DNA of 64,000 nt from Camelus ferus (GCF_009834535.1 NC_045696.1:76262001-76326000); one strand, 5' to 3'. Counted from the stretch's first letter, positions 38,800-52,822 are shown. Notes: a model not told the origin generated them from the sequence alone. Program-made: numbers and translations.

Positions 38800-39500
38800 A
38801 TCTAATTATAACTAGATGTCTTCAAGTGGTGTTACACAAGTGCTTACACACACATCACCATGGATGCCCACCTCAGCTTCCTCTTCTGATCCAGAGCCCC
38901 CTCAGTGGATGACCTTCAGAAGTCACCCGAGGGCAGTGCCTCATCACCACCTCGGTTATAGGTTCTCCCCCAGGAAAGGGCTGTCTTCTAGTGAGATTGT
39001 AGCACAATCCTTAGGATGCCTGAGAGGAAAAACATTCAAGTCTATCACTGGGAGGAATGCCCCATCTACCATTTCACTTGGGTCACACAGGAGAACAGTA
39101 TCTTCTACTTTTGCTAGCAGTTTCTCTCTCCAGGGGCCTTGCACCATCAGTCTTTGCAGCCAGGATAAAACAGACAGTCTTCTGCCCACTACTACAGCCA
39201 TCCCAAACTTTTCTTCCTCTTTCTTCAGCCAAAAGCAAAAATATCTGCAACTCACGCAAGTCCCTCTTTCACGAATCCCTCCATTACTTTACAGACTCTC
39301 CAGACCCGTAGTAGACATATCACCCTTTACATGCTCACTCTCTTCTGCATTTCCTCCTCTGATTTTATATCCCAGTCAGCCTCTCTCATCTCTTCCCTTT
39401 CCCTTTGCCCTTTGCTTTTGCAACTCATGGTACATCCAGGTGGGGTCAGCTTCAGTTAGCTGCTTTCTGTAAGAAGAGCTGTTGGCCTGGTTGGCCCACA
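38800..39500 (-). pseudogene. Decayed coding-like segment of unknown origin (retrocopy or retroelement ORF remnant)
   Basis: One minus frame is largely open over ~650 nt with scattered stops, and has a Ser-rich 218-aa antisense shadow ORF. No intron, clear polyA or TSD seen. Confidence 0.4.
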
Positions 39501-41699
39501 CTGGGTACCCAAATTTTATTATTTAGTTCGTCCCAGTGAAACAAACGGATGTAACATTATCAGGAGGGGTCTTTAACTGCAGACTCCATAACAAAATTAA
39601 ATTTAAAAAATACACTGAGAATGACTCAAACCCCTTTGTGGGAAAAGTACAATTCACAGGTGAATAACTGAAGCTGAATGTTATTTGCAGTTTACTGTAT
39701 ATTTATTTCACCGTACAGTTGAGGGTAACTTACAATCCCTCATCACTAAGAAATTTTTAATAGCCCTCGGCCAGATGTGGCTGAGGGGAGTGCCCCTGCC
39801 GTGGCCCTGCTTCCATGCTCTTCCTCCTTCAGCTCCAGCCCTTCCACTGCCTGATACTGAGCCCCTCTCTGTCTGCATCTGCGTCGAAGCGGACACTCTC
39901 CGTGTCAAGACTTAATGGCAATTATGTAATGCCACCTCTATCTGCAATTACTCAAAGCTCACTTTTAATTCAAATTCCTCATCAGTTCCCTTTTTCAGAG
40001 GTTGCTTCCTCTAAGCATGTTCTACAAACTGCTGTTTCTGGCTGCTCGCTGCCTTGAACGACACCTCAGTCTCCACATCCCCCACCGGCCGAAAGAAGTG
40101 TTGTATAGCCCCAGGCACTTCAGTGGGAAGAGAGCGGCTTCCAGTTTGCATCGTAGGAGAAAAGCTTCCCTTGTTGCCCAGATCTGATACTTCCTGTGTT
40201 TCCATGGCAAACTTCCCTCCCGGATGCAGAAGACAGGGAGGGCTGGGAAGAGAAGAACTATTAACTATTTTGTTCCCACTACATATATTTTATGCTATTT
40301 TCCCTGAACACTACATTTCACTTTCTATCCTTGTTCCTTTTTTTAACACCCCCCCCATCTCCATACACACACATTTTTTTAGCTCTCTCAATATGTGGGG
40401 TTACTCACTTAACCCCCACAAAATCTGTCTTTTTGGCACTAAAATACTGGATTCATAGCAGTACCACTAGAAAAGCATTTTTTAAAGATAACTCCCCCAT
40501 TTTTAGAATGAGGAGGCCCTCAAACCCCTAAGCCAGGGCTGTTGGTCACTCCAGGAAGTCACCTGCAGCTATAAGAACCAATGCATATAATAAGAACAGT
40601 ATTTTTGGCATTTTGAATGTATTTTTCCCTTTAAAATTATGCTCCTTTGCAGTTGGGCATCCCAGCTTAGCCAAAAGGCTTATTGCTGCAAGGAATAAGA
40701 GGCCATTGATCATCTTTGAGTCATAAATCTGACGTTTACAAATCCACATCAAGACAACAGTCATGAATGCCAAGCTTTGGATAGAGAAAAAAGAAAAAAA
40801 GAAAACCACTCCAAGTTGCAAGCTGCCCTGGCCTCATTTAACATAGTAAGAGCCAGACCTGGCTGACCAGAGGGGTATTGCCATGTGCCTAGGGTAGGGA
40901 GAACTCAGGATATAGGAGGCTGCAAATGTGACTGAGTATTGTGGCCTCCTCCCTGCCCTGTGCCCACCTTGCCCCTCAACACTGGGATGTGAGCCTAGAA
41001 TGGGGTTTACACAGGTTGAGAGGAAAGTCAAACAGAGAGGTGCTTTTGCTTCCTTTCCCATTTAGACTCAGAGCAAGTTTTCACAGAATAGCAGCATCAG
41101 AGGAATACTGATCATACAACATGACTGTGCGGGGAAGGCAGGAGGAAGGGGGGCTCAGTTTAGCTCCCCAGAAACACCCTTAGCCCTCATATGGCATCAA
41201 AGTATCCAGAAGTTTCCACAAGCCTTGAGAAAGGAAGCATGCTATATCTGAGGGTACTGGGTGGAGAGCTTATCAGAGGGTCACTGTGAGGCACCACAGG
41301 GGACCTGCTGGGCTAGAGGGTCAGATGGGCAGGACAGCCTGTCCTCAAGAATGGAAGTGACACCAAATCATCAGAGAGGACAGTCAAGCCCCAAGTGAAC
41401 CAAGAGATTACAGAGCACATGTCCACCAGCTGCCAACTTCAGCTGTTGAGTAGCAGGGGATGCAGACATCAGACATAAAAAGGACATCACTGCAGAGAAC
41501 AGATGAGCCAGGGCAGTACAGAGAGGTGTGAGGTGCCTCTTTCCCTCTGCCATGAGGTCAGTAGACTTTCTTCTTGCCCTATACTGAGAAACCATCTCCA
41601 AAGAGGAAGGAAAGAAAATTTGAAATTCTAAATGATTTTCTAAAAGTTACTGTTACCCACATTTGCCAAATTGGGCTAAATTTTAGTTTTTTCTTCTTG

Positions 41700-42386
41700 G
41701 GGTACACAGCTTCTAAGATGTCTCCCAGGGATCCCACTTCCTGGCATCCATGCCCTTGTACAATCGACTGTGCTTGAGTACAGTTTGGACCTAATGACTT
41801 GCCCCTCACAAACATAGCACAGCAAAAGTGCTGGGATGTGACTTCAAAAATTGGATTTGAAAGAGACTTCGGTTTCCAATTTGCTCACCTCTCTTCCTCT
41901 CTCCTTTGTTTGTTTTGATGAAACAAGCTGCCCAATGGAGAGGTTCATGCTGCAAAGAACTAAGGGAGGTTTCTGGTCAATAGCTGGAGAAGAATTGAGG
42001 TCCTCAGTCCAACAATTCACAAGGAACTAAATCTTGCCACATGACATGAAGGAGCTGGCAAAATTGTCCCTCAGACTAGACTTCAGATGAAACCCAGCTA
42101 AAGTAACCAATTCATCCCACTTTTCCCAAGCCTTTCCCAGTGTGAGCACTAAAAGTCCCATGACCCAAGAAACCACTCATTCTTGAGCAATCCCACACAG
42201 CTGGCCACCCTAGATCTAGCCCTAGATGGAACCTTGAATGTAGCCTTCTGAAAGACCCTGAGCCAGAGGACCAAGCAAAGCCACACCCAGATTCATGACC
42301 TAGAAATTATGAGATAATAAATGTTTGTTGTTTTAAACTGCTGCACTTTATGGTAATGTGTTATGCAGCAATTGATAACTAATACA
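41700..42386 (+). mobile_element. MLT1E/F-type LTR with a nested MER81-like MITE (~42099-42212)
   Basis: ttctaagatg...atcccacttcctgg...tgagataataaatgtttgttgttttaa...gataactaataca; the nested piece has degenerate tagggtg(a/g)cca ends. Confidence 0.85.
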
Positions 42387-43179
42387 TTCTTCATTACCCA
42401 ACAGATTAAAAGTTCAAGAGAAAAATCAGATTGGCTATTGAAAAATAAAGAAGCTGCATTTTCCTTATGCATCTGCATGCAGTGTGAGTTAAATTAACAA
42501 CTCACCACAAGTGTACCACACTTCTAAACAATTGATTCAAGGAGCATGGTTTTCAAAAAGAATGAAGAATTAGGTATGGCCCTCATCTTCATGTTTAAAA
42601 GCAGATTAAGAAACCCAGGCATAATCAGCTGACAGATAAAAACTGCTATCACAAACTTAATTTCCTTTCTAGACAGTCTATATACACATTAAATAAATTT
42701 TCCAAGTCATATAATGAATCTGTCTTGTAGGTAGAAACAAAACCAAGGCTTCTCCCTATCTCAGGAAGCAAGTATTTCATCAAGCCAATATTGACTATGA
42801 GTGGGAACTCTTCAAATTTTCTCCTGTCACAGGAAAGTTGGCTTCATTTAACCAATCTGCTGCACAGAGATCAGCTCTCTACCATGCAGACTGGCATTTT
42901 ACAAATGCTACTTCATGATTATGAAGAATACAACATAATACATTACGATTCTGAATATTTTCAGTGATAACTCTAGCATAGGCAGTGGCTGAATGATTAG
43001 TTTTAGGCATAGAAAAATATATCATGAAGGCTAATACAAGTGCTCCAGTTTCCACTGAAATAAAAAACAATAGCCATAGCCATACATGCATGTCCAGTGT
43101 TTTACAGCTCAGGAAGATTTGCACACATTTCAAGTCAAAGATTCTTACACTTCCACTCTGAACAACACATAGGACTGAA

Positions 43180-43330
43180 AGAATTCTTTTCATTCTCATT
43201 TGATAAATAAGAAAAATTGAAGTTATAAAGATTTAAAGGATTTTTTTCAAAGTCACAGATGTAGGATTCAAACCCAGACAACTCCCAATGGCAAATGCTA
43301 TTCTCTTTCCTCCCCATCATCAGAGAGAAG
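43180..43330 (-). mobile_element. MIR
   Basis: ctcatttgataaataagaaaattgaag...aagtcacag...ggattcaaacccag. Confidence 0.6.
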
Positions 43331-43721
43331 GTGGAAATTTTCATGAAATATCCAATTGCCTACTTTCACTAGGAAATAACCTAGGAAGCACTGTGGAAGG
43401 CAGAGAGGATTTATAAAGTATATTTATGGTAACAGCAGAACTGTTATGCATCATTGTGGAGACTTTTCTTTCCCTAAGTCCTGGGGTCCCTGAAACACTG
43501 CTCTAGTAATAATGACTGTTTAGGTCCAGAGGTAGAGTAAGCTTTTGGTTGAGATGTCGTATGAATAGAAAATCTAGAATTACTGAGAATAAATTATGTT
43601 AGAAATCTGAATAACACATGGCAAATGTACATTTTGGCAAGTTTCCTGAAGAATGGTAATTTCAATTCAGCTCAACATTCAATGACTGAGTCTGCCTCCC
43701 ATAAGCCAGGCAGTCATATTC

Positions 43722-43905
43722 CAGACTGTCTTGTCCAGAGTGGTAGCCAGTAGCCACACATGACTATATAATTACAATTAAAGAAACTAAAAATCCAGTT
43801 TCCAGTCACACTAGCCAAATTTCAAGGCACTCAATAGCCATATGAGGCTAGTGGCTAATTATACAACATTTACATTATCACAAGAAGTTCTACTGAACAA
43901 TGCTA
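43722..43905 (-). mobile_element. MER3-like hAT MITE
   Basis: ggtagccagtagccacacatgacta...cagtcacactagccaaatttcaag...ctcaatagccatatgaggctagtggcta...aagttctactgaacaatgct. Confidence 0.8.
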
Positions 43906-46284
43906 TTAGACTCCTAAGAAGTAACCAAGTATCTCCCAAAGTAACTCACATTCTCATGGAGAAAACACTCTACTTCACAAGTACTCTAAAAATGCAGGAG
44001 TATAACTCTGGCCAGGCTTGGTAATACTGTCTTATGAGAAGTAACACATAACTTCTGGAATCATTCCAAATAGGTGCAAGCCAATTAGAGGCTTTTCTCA
44101 TCCTTTAAAGATGTTATGACATGTATTAAAATGTCATGCCTTTCATTTTCCTCATCTTACTGATAACCATAGGAACCACACACTGGAATTAACGTAAAAT
44201 ACTAGATACTCTCTACTGCAGAAATGTATTTCCTGTGCATGGCCATCCTAGAGAACATGACGGTCACCACAATAGCCACAGAACAGACTGCCCTTTAATC
44301 CCTGAGAAAGGTCTGCCAGATTCACAGAGCTCAACTGTTGACCCAGTCATTGGTTGGGCGTGCCTGAGAACAAGAAGATTGGAAGTGGAAGAGCAAGTGG
44401 TAACATGACTCAAGGAACCAGTGATCTGGATGGCTATGTGTCATAGCAATGAGCTCTCAGGACCCACCCTTCCTAAGACAGGGCCTTTGCCTTGAGCAGG
44501 ATTGTTTGGCCTCAGCTAGATGGCAAGCAGCTCTGAGAGTTCTCCAGCCACACCCTCTGCCCCACACAGCCCCATCCTGTTTGTCCATTAGGGGTAAGCT
44601 TCTCTCACCTCTGAAGCATCTCTGGTGAACTAGACAGAAACTGTCCCAATATTCAGCAGGGATCAAAGTAAGAAGGAGGGAAACTTGGAAATTATCTTTT
44701 CCATAACCTAAATCTCACAGAGGAACAGAGAGAAGTGAGAGACACAGAGTAACCAGAAAAAGGGTGTCAGTTTCTGCATCTATGAAATAGAGAGATGTTT
44801 CTGCACAGAGATGTCATGGTGGCATCTCACCAGCACAACGATAGTCACCAACATTATGCTTCTGTGTTGTCCTGACTCTCAGTTCCCCAAAACACCTTCC
44901 AGTGAGGAATATCAGCATTTAACCATTTTCATATGGGCAGGCTTATTTCTTCCATACTGCCTGTGTTTTAATCAAAGAACAACTCTAAATCAATGACCAA
45001 CTAGTTGACTCTTGCTCATTCTTCATGGAAAACATACCAACAGAAGCCCATAGTAAGTAGAGATCCCAAAAAGACAAACTCAGTTTGGGAAACAAGGATC
45101 AGGGCCTGTTATTCTGAACACTATAACTCTGATAAAATCACTACTATCATAAAATCTAATTCATCTAAGTCACCCTATCATTAGAACTTTATTCTTTGGG
45201 GTCTTAAAATATCTCCAAATTTCAGTCATATTATCTTCAGATGCAAATGGTCAACCTATACTGAACTATTAATGCCTTAATAGGGATTAGGGTACAGCTA
45301 CCAAGATTAAGAATGGGACACCAGATAAACCCTGCAGATTTAGCTCCCTAGAGGTGGAAAGAGCAACACACGAGGAAATTTAGGGCTAAAGACAAAACTT
45401 GACCTATACTCAAATTGTGTATAGGGCAGGCCTCATATCCAATGGGGAAAAAAGATAGAGCTTTTTCAATAGGTCCCTGGTTCCTTAAGTCAGAATCTTG
45501 AAAAATCAGCCACTGGACTTGTTTATGAATCTGTGGGTACAGCATAGTGAAACATTTAATCAGGGATTAGAAAACTTTCTGGAACAAATAAGCCAAATGA
45601 ATGCCTAGAAGTGGAAATTTTAACTAGTGATGTAAGTTCAGAGTACAGCTGTGTCCAAGTGAGTAGGGCTTCTGGCTCAACAAAGAAAGTCTATGAAAGA
45701 CATAGAAGAATCATATTGTTTTTCTTAAACTCAAAACAGTGGACTTTTGCCATGTTAATTCAAGGTTTCTGGGATGAGATACGAGAAACTAAGAAAGCAC
45801 AATGGAATGGTCTTAAAACAAATACTTCCTATGTTATTGTGTTAAGAAGATAGATAGGGTTCTTTTTTTTTTTTTTTTTTTTTTTCCTTTTGGCAGAGGA
45901 ATGAGTAGACATCTTTCAAGAGATACGCCTCAGATTTATTTCAATGACCTTATAGTCTGGGTATGATGGCACCAAAAATACACTCATTTTATTAATGTCT
46001 AAAGAATCACATTTTGTGTGTTTTAGGACAATTCACAAGCTCTTGTGGTTCATTTGGGCCACAAGACATCACTGAACAAACCACGACGTCAGTGCCTGTG
46101 TTGGCTGTTCTGCACTCACGGTGTGATGATGGTTCCAAGAACCATGCAGGGTGTGACTTTTTGCCAAACTAATCATCATAATTATCCAGCAACGTGATAA
46201 AGACCTCAAAGTATCAGTCATTACTTATGTAGGCTTTGGGTAGAAGATAAATCAGTTTCAAAAGGTTCTGATTAAAACTTCTCT

Positions 46285-47800
46285 TAATAGTAATAACTGT
46301 CAGATACTGAGACATTTGTCAGACACAAAGTGTTTCACATATATTTTCTCTTCTATATTCTATAAGAGAGGCACTACTATGTTACCCATTTTATATTTGA
46401 GGTTTAGGCAGTTTTTAAAACTTGCCCATGGTGACAGGTCTGGTATAGCAGAGCCAGGGCCTCCAGAAGAGACACCAGAATGCTTCTGCTGGCAATGCCA
46501 TTAAGCTGCACCCAAGTAGTTTTCAGCTGAATTGAGCAGAAAAATATTTATTACATCAAATAACTAGCAAACAATACAAAACTGTAATACAATACTGAAT
46601 AGTGGAAAAGAGATTCTAAAGCCCTAGAAAGGTTCAGCAAAAAAGAAAATCCAGGCCGGAAGGCACAGGCAAGGCTGCAGTAGAAGGTGCAATCTGAGTT
46701 GGCCTTTGGAGTGGCTACGGCAGTACAGGTGCAGGGAACAAGGTGAGAACAGCAGGAGGAGGAGACAGAAGGTGTGGGGTTAATGAGAGGCCAGACTGAG
46801 CAAAGGGTACCGGAGAGAAACAGTTGTCCACTTTGAGGTTCATTCCCAATTCTTAAGCTCACAAGGAACTCAAGGGGCATACAGATCAACCCATGTAATG
46901 CACAATGGTGGACCTGATAGGGAACTGGGCTGGAATTCCCATTACCCAATCTATAGTGCTTCCCATGAACTACCATGCAGAAAGGCTGTGCTCCAAAATC
47001 CTAATTCAATTTAACATTGATGGAGCACCTACCATGGACAGACACGGTGCTAAATATTGGGAAGGGTAAATAAGAGGTCAGTCCCTGGGGAATTCATGTT
47101 AAAACCACATAAGTGTACAATTATTTGTGGAATGAGTGGGCCTGGGGAGAAGTGTGACAATAGATACACTAAGTGTTAAAGGAACAAAGGAAGGAGTATT
47201 CCATCTCTTTTGAGAAAGAAAAGACTTTTGAACAGGGATATCTGATACGGCCTTGCAGGAGGAGTGAACTATGATAGATGACGAAAAAGAGGAAGGGAAT
47301 TGTGGGCAGAACAAACAGCAGGAGAAACTGGCTGTAAACATGAAAGGATCCTACAGATGCTATTAGAAGGAAAGGCAAACCCAGCAAATCTAGAGCTGAG
47401 AAGAGCAGGTGCATAAGTCAGGGAGGTGCATAAATCAGGAAGGCAGAGCTGCCAGAGCAGTCTTAGGAGATGACTGGGGTGAGGAATAACGTAATTGGAA
47501 CATAATTGAGGAGCCATAGAAAAACTTGACATTTCAATGAGATTTGATCTCTGGTTTAAAACGAAAATCTGGCAGCAAAGTGAAGAATGGATGTGTGGGG
47601 GATGAGCTAAAAGGCTCCTTAGCTATCCAAGGAGAAGCCTGAAGTCAGGTGATGGTAACAGACAAGACGAAGGATTCAAGAGGCACAGAAGTAGATTAGT
47701 GAGGCTTACTAAAAGATAATGGCAATTTCTTCTCTTAGTGACTTGGTGGACAGTGGTGTCACTAAATAGGATGGAGACATCTAGACTAAAAGCAATCAGA
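46285..47800 (-). mobile_element. MIR (46285-46460) and L2 fragments (46600-46760, 47000-47800)
   Basis: tacccattttat...aacttgcccatggtgacag; ttgatggagcacctaccatg...gtgctaaat; gaggagccatag...gatttgatc. Confidence 0.6.
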
Positions 47801-49111
47801 AGCAAGTACCATTTAAACTAAAAAAAATACTGATAATTCTGAATACATGTTGGTAGATTCTCAGAACTGGGTGATGCCATTTTCTATGATGAGTATGTTG
47901 TCTGCCATCGCAGGTGGCTCAGGGGAATGATGTTAAGGACAAAGGACCTCCAGTTCACTGGTTCAAAGTCGCAGTTCAGTTCTCAAGTGTCCAAAATTTG
48001 TTCACATATCTGACAGCTGCTCAGTGACTTATGTAAAAGGAATTAGAGGTCTTAGTTTAGCTTCAGCAAGACAGGCGTTCTTCTTTGTAACCGACACGCT
48101 TGTTGATTTTTTAAGAAATTAAACTAGTTCTAGTCCTTGGGTTGCCTACTGAAGTGGTTTTGGATTAATCAGAGTCATTTTCTTCCAAGAGCATTTAACC
48201 ACTGCATAGCTGATTTGTTTGAAATGTTTTTAAATATAAAAGTCAAAAATAGAAGTTGGCAAAAAAGTGATAAAGCAATCATTTAATATGGCTCTTTCTG
48301 CTTCTACCCTTCCTTCTTTATTATAATATCACTTTGAAAAAGTTATCTGCCACATTTCAGGTCTCTGTTCCTTTCATTTCTTTATCAACATTAGATTCAG
48401 ATAAAGCATTCAACCTGCAGTGGTGGATCTCTCTGCCTTTAGAAGACAGCACAGTGGCACCATAGGTTTTTGAAATTTATAGATACAGACATATATATAG
48501 ATATATAGATATATTTTAAATGTTTCCTTCCTTTCAAATCCAAAGTTCCAAGCTGAAGGATGTGTGTCCTGAGCATTAGATGAGACGTACAGGTTGTTCC
48601 CAGAAGCCTCCATAGCAGAAGATTCCTTGAGGTGCAGGGGAACCTCGGACCTCCACGGTTCCATGTTTGTTTATCCTGCCCCCATGTGTGGCAAACCACC
48701 ATAAAAAAAATGAAGTCTCATAAGAACTGTGCTTGAGTTTGTACATTCCTTGGTGTTGGCTAAATCCACAGGAACTTTGGCTGTATTTTCAAGTTACACC
48801 CATTCCCCACTGCAGTGCAGGTCTGTGAAATAATGCCTTAGCTCTGCCAAAAACCACAATGATCATCAACAGTATAAGTAATCAAGTAAAAGCACTTTTC
48901 CACAGCCCACTGACCAGATTGTCAAGAAAGCAAAAAAGTAGTGACAAAAATTGATTGCCCTTTGCAAAGATAATTTCTATCTGAATTATATTATGGTATA
49001 GCAACAGTGATGCATAATGTGTGCCTGGCATCTTTGCAGTAAACATTTTAGGTTTAATTTAGAAATCTGAGTCATTAGAAAACTTCTCTCTCATTATGAT
49101 GAAGGGGTTAC

Positions 49112-49134
49112 CGTGGACTCAGCTCTATTACAAT
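49112..49134 (-). CDS. Candidate 23-nt microexon
   Basis: cctgttttttccctttccctcttcag|ATTGTAATAGAGCTGAGTCCACG|gtaacc. Strong pyrimidine tract, moderate donor. Confidence 0.3.
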
Positions 49135-49683
49135 CTGAAGAGGGAAAGGGAAAAAACAGGCAAGCTAAACACACTAAAAGCAAAAACAATTACCACTGGG
49201 CTGAAATAATGGGAAGCAATTCAAATTACAGATAGATGCTTACTAGTGAATAGCTAACACAAGTACGGTTGTATGACATTATTAGGCATCTTAAGTATTT
49301 TTAATGTTCCAAGACATGTGATACAGTCATTGATTTGTTGTTGTTGTTTTAAACCCTTCATTTCTGTGAGGGAAATAAGACTTCAAATTGTAGGAAACAG
49401 GCCAAATAGATTAACTAAACTAGACCTCCCCACCCCTCATAGATACAGCTATGCTACTTCTTCAATAATTGCTAGCATCAGTCTTCAATAACTCAGGCTG
49501 GCAAGATGTTCAACCCTATGCTGCTGGAAAATCTTATTTAAATTGCACTGTTCTCTGTTCAACTCTTAATGTCAGAACCTGGAAGATGTCTGATGAAAAG
49601 CATCAGGCCTTACTGGAAATTACTGTAGCGGAAACATAATAAACTTGGGCCTTAGGCCTCCTCCAAGATTAGTAGGTATGAAT

Positions 49684-49870
49684 CAGTGGTTCAAAACCTG
49701 GTTGCACATTAGCATGACTGAGAGCGCTTCTGAAAATACTGAAGTTTGACAGCCCCTCAAGGGGCCATCTAACAAAACATCTGGTGAGAATGGGGCCCAA
49801 GCCCCTTTTGGTTTTTAAGCCACTTACCCCACAGGTGATTCTAGGGTACAACCCAGTTTGAGAATCACTG
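49684..49870. mobile_element. MER5A MITE
   Basis: Terminal inverted repeats cagtggttcaaaac ... gtttgagaatcactg; internal caggtgattct. Confidence 0.85.
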
Positions 49871-49949
49871 TTTCCTGTTCTGGTGTGCCTGCGGAAAGCC
49901 AATTTTGTGCGTATTTGCCTAGAAATACTTGCAACCGATTACACTAAGA

Positions 49950-50102
49950 GCCCGTGGCACTCAAACCTACATGTCCACTGTAGACACGTGGGAATTTTAA
50001 GAATGCTGGTACCTGGGGCTCACCCTCAGGGATTCTGATATTCTGGGAGCAGACAGTCACATCCAAGTGATTCCAATATACAGCCAAGTTTGAGAGCCAC
50101 TG
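49950..50102. mobile_element. MER5A-like MITE
   Basis: gtggcactcaaac ... aagtgattccaatatacagccaagtttgagagccactg. Confidence 0.7.
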
Positions 50103-50529
50103 CTCTCCAGCCATGAAATTAATGAAGGATGAGCCCGAGGAGGTCTATTATGAGTATTAACAAGATAGGACTCAGTCTAACTGACAGACGTCACACTGAA
50201 AGAACAGGAATCCTTCCTCCTGTTGCCACAATTGTGATGCTGACGTCTAGACTCTACAGAAATAAACACATAAATGAGTGTCTATTTTGAGTAATAAGAT
50301 AGAGTTGTTTCCATAGAAACAAATGACTAATAATCATAATGGCTAATTAGATAAGTGATTTCCAAAACCTATTTGGATGATAACTAATGTAATAAACTTC
50401 AAACTTCTTATTCAGTGACATGTTTTTTCCTACTTCTCTTAATGGTCTGTCAAGGCCTGGCACTCAGGTCAATGAAAGCCAGGTTTTTAAACCTTAACAC
50501 CCCCAGGAGAATTACTAAGCGAAGAGAAA

Positions 50530-52535
50530 AGTAATGAATAACAAGCTTGGGTGTGGGAGTCAAACAGACCAAAATCTGCATTCCTGGCCCTGACATTTAT
50601 TAAGCAGCCAGCCTTAGCAGTGTGGGAACCCACCCTCATCTTCTCATCAGTAAAGATGCTGTCCATACCATGGCAGGGTAATGAGAATTTCAGATAACTA
50701 ATTTTTCTACTACAGTATTTTGCACGTAGCCATTACTAGAAAAAGCATAGTAACAACTATTAAAATCATTGTCTAAATCAGGGGGCTGTTCAGGGTTAAC
50801 ATGATACAAAGTTACATTTCTCCAGACAGGATGACCACACACAAAAGTCAAATGACTCCTTACTGCCATCTCATCTGAATACCGAGTCTTAAAATAATTG
50901 AGTCTAACCACCCTATTTTTCAGTGCATTTTGGGTTTTCTTGGACCAATGACCAAGATATATGGTGGTCATCCCTGGTGCTATTCCCCTTCCTGGCCATG
51001 CCAGCTTCCTTCCATTTTCCTGATGTTCCTTCATTCTTCTATTTCTGCCTCAGTGCAGCTACCAAATCCGTATCCCATAAACAAGCTTAATAAAAAAAAA
51101 GGATGCTGCCATCAATCTTATTTACTCAGCTAACCAAACAAGCCTGGGTGATGTGCTCAGGACCCTCTGTCCCTTTCCCTCCACCCTCAAGTCATAGCAT
51201 CCCAGGGCTGGGAAAAGTGCAAAATTCATGGCTCTGACCCCCTTATTTTATACATAGATGAGTCACAGTAACTACCTCAGCAGAAAGATCCCAAATGACT
51301 GTTTGCTTTTGCACCCTCAAGGTATTGTTACAGAGAAATCAACAGAGGCCTGGAAAGGATGGAACTTTCCTGAAGTCACAGAACTGGCAGAGCTGGGATG
51401 AGAATGAGGGCCTGCTGATTGCTAGTTCAGTGCTCTGTGTATGAGGCAAATCTATTGTTTTTCAGACTGTCTGCATATAGCACCACCATATTGAAAGTGT
51501 CATCCATTTATAGCACAGAGGTGAAATGATACTCATTTTTCCCTGAGAGGCTTTCTAGCAGATAAATGTTTGATGGCTGAGTGCATGAATGACAGCATTC
51601 AGCCATCTAGCCAGGTCCCACCCTGTAAAGTAAAATAAAGTGGTCCTAGGAGGTTCCCAGTCTCCTCCCCAACATTGACACTGCATATTACAGTATTAGA
51701 AATTCTGTGAGCCGCTCATGAAAGAGCCAAACCCACTGTTATTGTCTCTTTCCAGCCTGACGTGCTCGGTCCTCAGGCTGGGCAGCGCCAGGCGGGGCTG
51801 CAGGTGCCTGAGTGCAGCGCTCACTGGACATCCCGGCTCTGCACCAAAGACCAGAGGAGACGGCGGTGTTCTTTTGAGCAACCATGTGCCTTGGGATAAA
51901 TATGTCAAGAAGCAGTTAGTGCCAGTCAGAGTCTACCAAAGGCAGGAAGATAAGCCCACTAGTGAAGAGCAAGTGATTAGTGCCCTATTAGCACTTTTGG
52001 TCCGTCGTAAAGAAAGCAGCATGATTTACTTTCCCAAAATTGTACATGTCTTCTGGTGTTGCATGTGTTTTAAAAGGTACAGTGACAAACCTTTGTTTAA
52101 ATTATGTGTGTTTTCTTTAAATTGTGTGCATCTGAAGCATGCACACACACATGTGCACACACACACACAGCACATTAAACCCGTGAGTCCATGCCCACTG
52201 TTGCTTAGGATGAGGCTAAATTTAATTGGAAAAAAAATAAACTGACAAAAGAAAAATTATGAACAAATGGAGTATGGATGGCTTGGGTAAAAATAGTGAC
52301 CTTGATTTAAAACCACTCGAGTGTACTGGTTACAAGCATGATGCGCTTTGGAGTTGGAAGGACTTGAGTCTGAACCCTGGATCTGCTGTCTTGAAACTGG
52401 ATGAGACTTGGGTCAGTTTCCTCCCCTGAGAGATGAGGAGACTGATAACGACGTCAGAGGGTAGACGCAAAGACTCAGTTAAATGAAATACTACAGGGAA
52501 AAGGCCTGGCGTATCTGCAGACTACCATTACTGCA
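50530..52535. mobile_element. Scattered MIR fragments (50530-50750, 51300-51440, 52320-52535)
   Basis: MIR head and core motifs, e.g. ggagtcaaacagacc; aactttcctgaagtcacag; tcagtttcctcccctg. Confidence 0.55.
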
Positions 52536-52822
52536 ACTGCCTGGACAGACTCAGTAGATGGAAGAAAACCAGTCCCATCAAGCAGACTTTCCTAATGCCG
52601 TTTGGAGAGGAATCACAGTTAGACTCTGGACAGGCTGTCACTGCACAGCCCATGAACAGTTCCTGAGAGTAAAAACAGAATCTGGGTAATAAAATCTGAC
52701 CTTTGTTTTCTTCGTGCTCCTTCTAGTTTCACTTGCTCACAGAGGGCCACGTGTAGCTGCCTCACACCTGGCACTTGGGACCCAAGTCTCCCACAGGAGA
52801 CTCCGCCTCACGTAGAGCTGCA

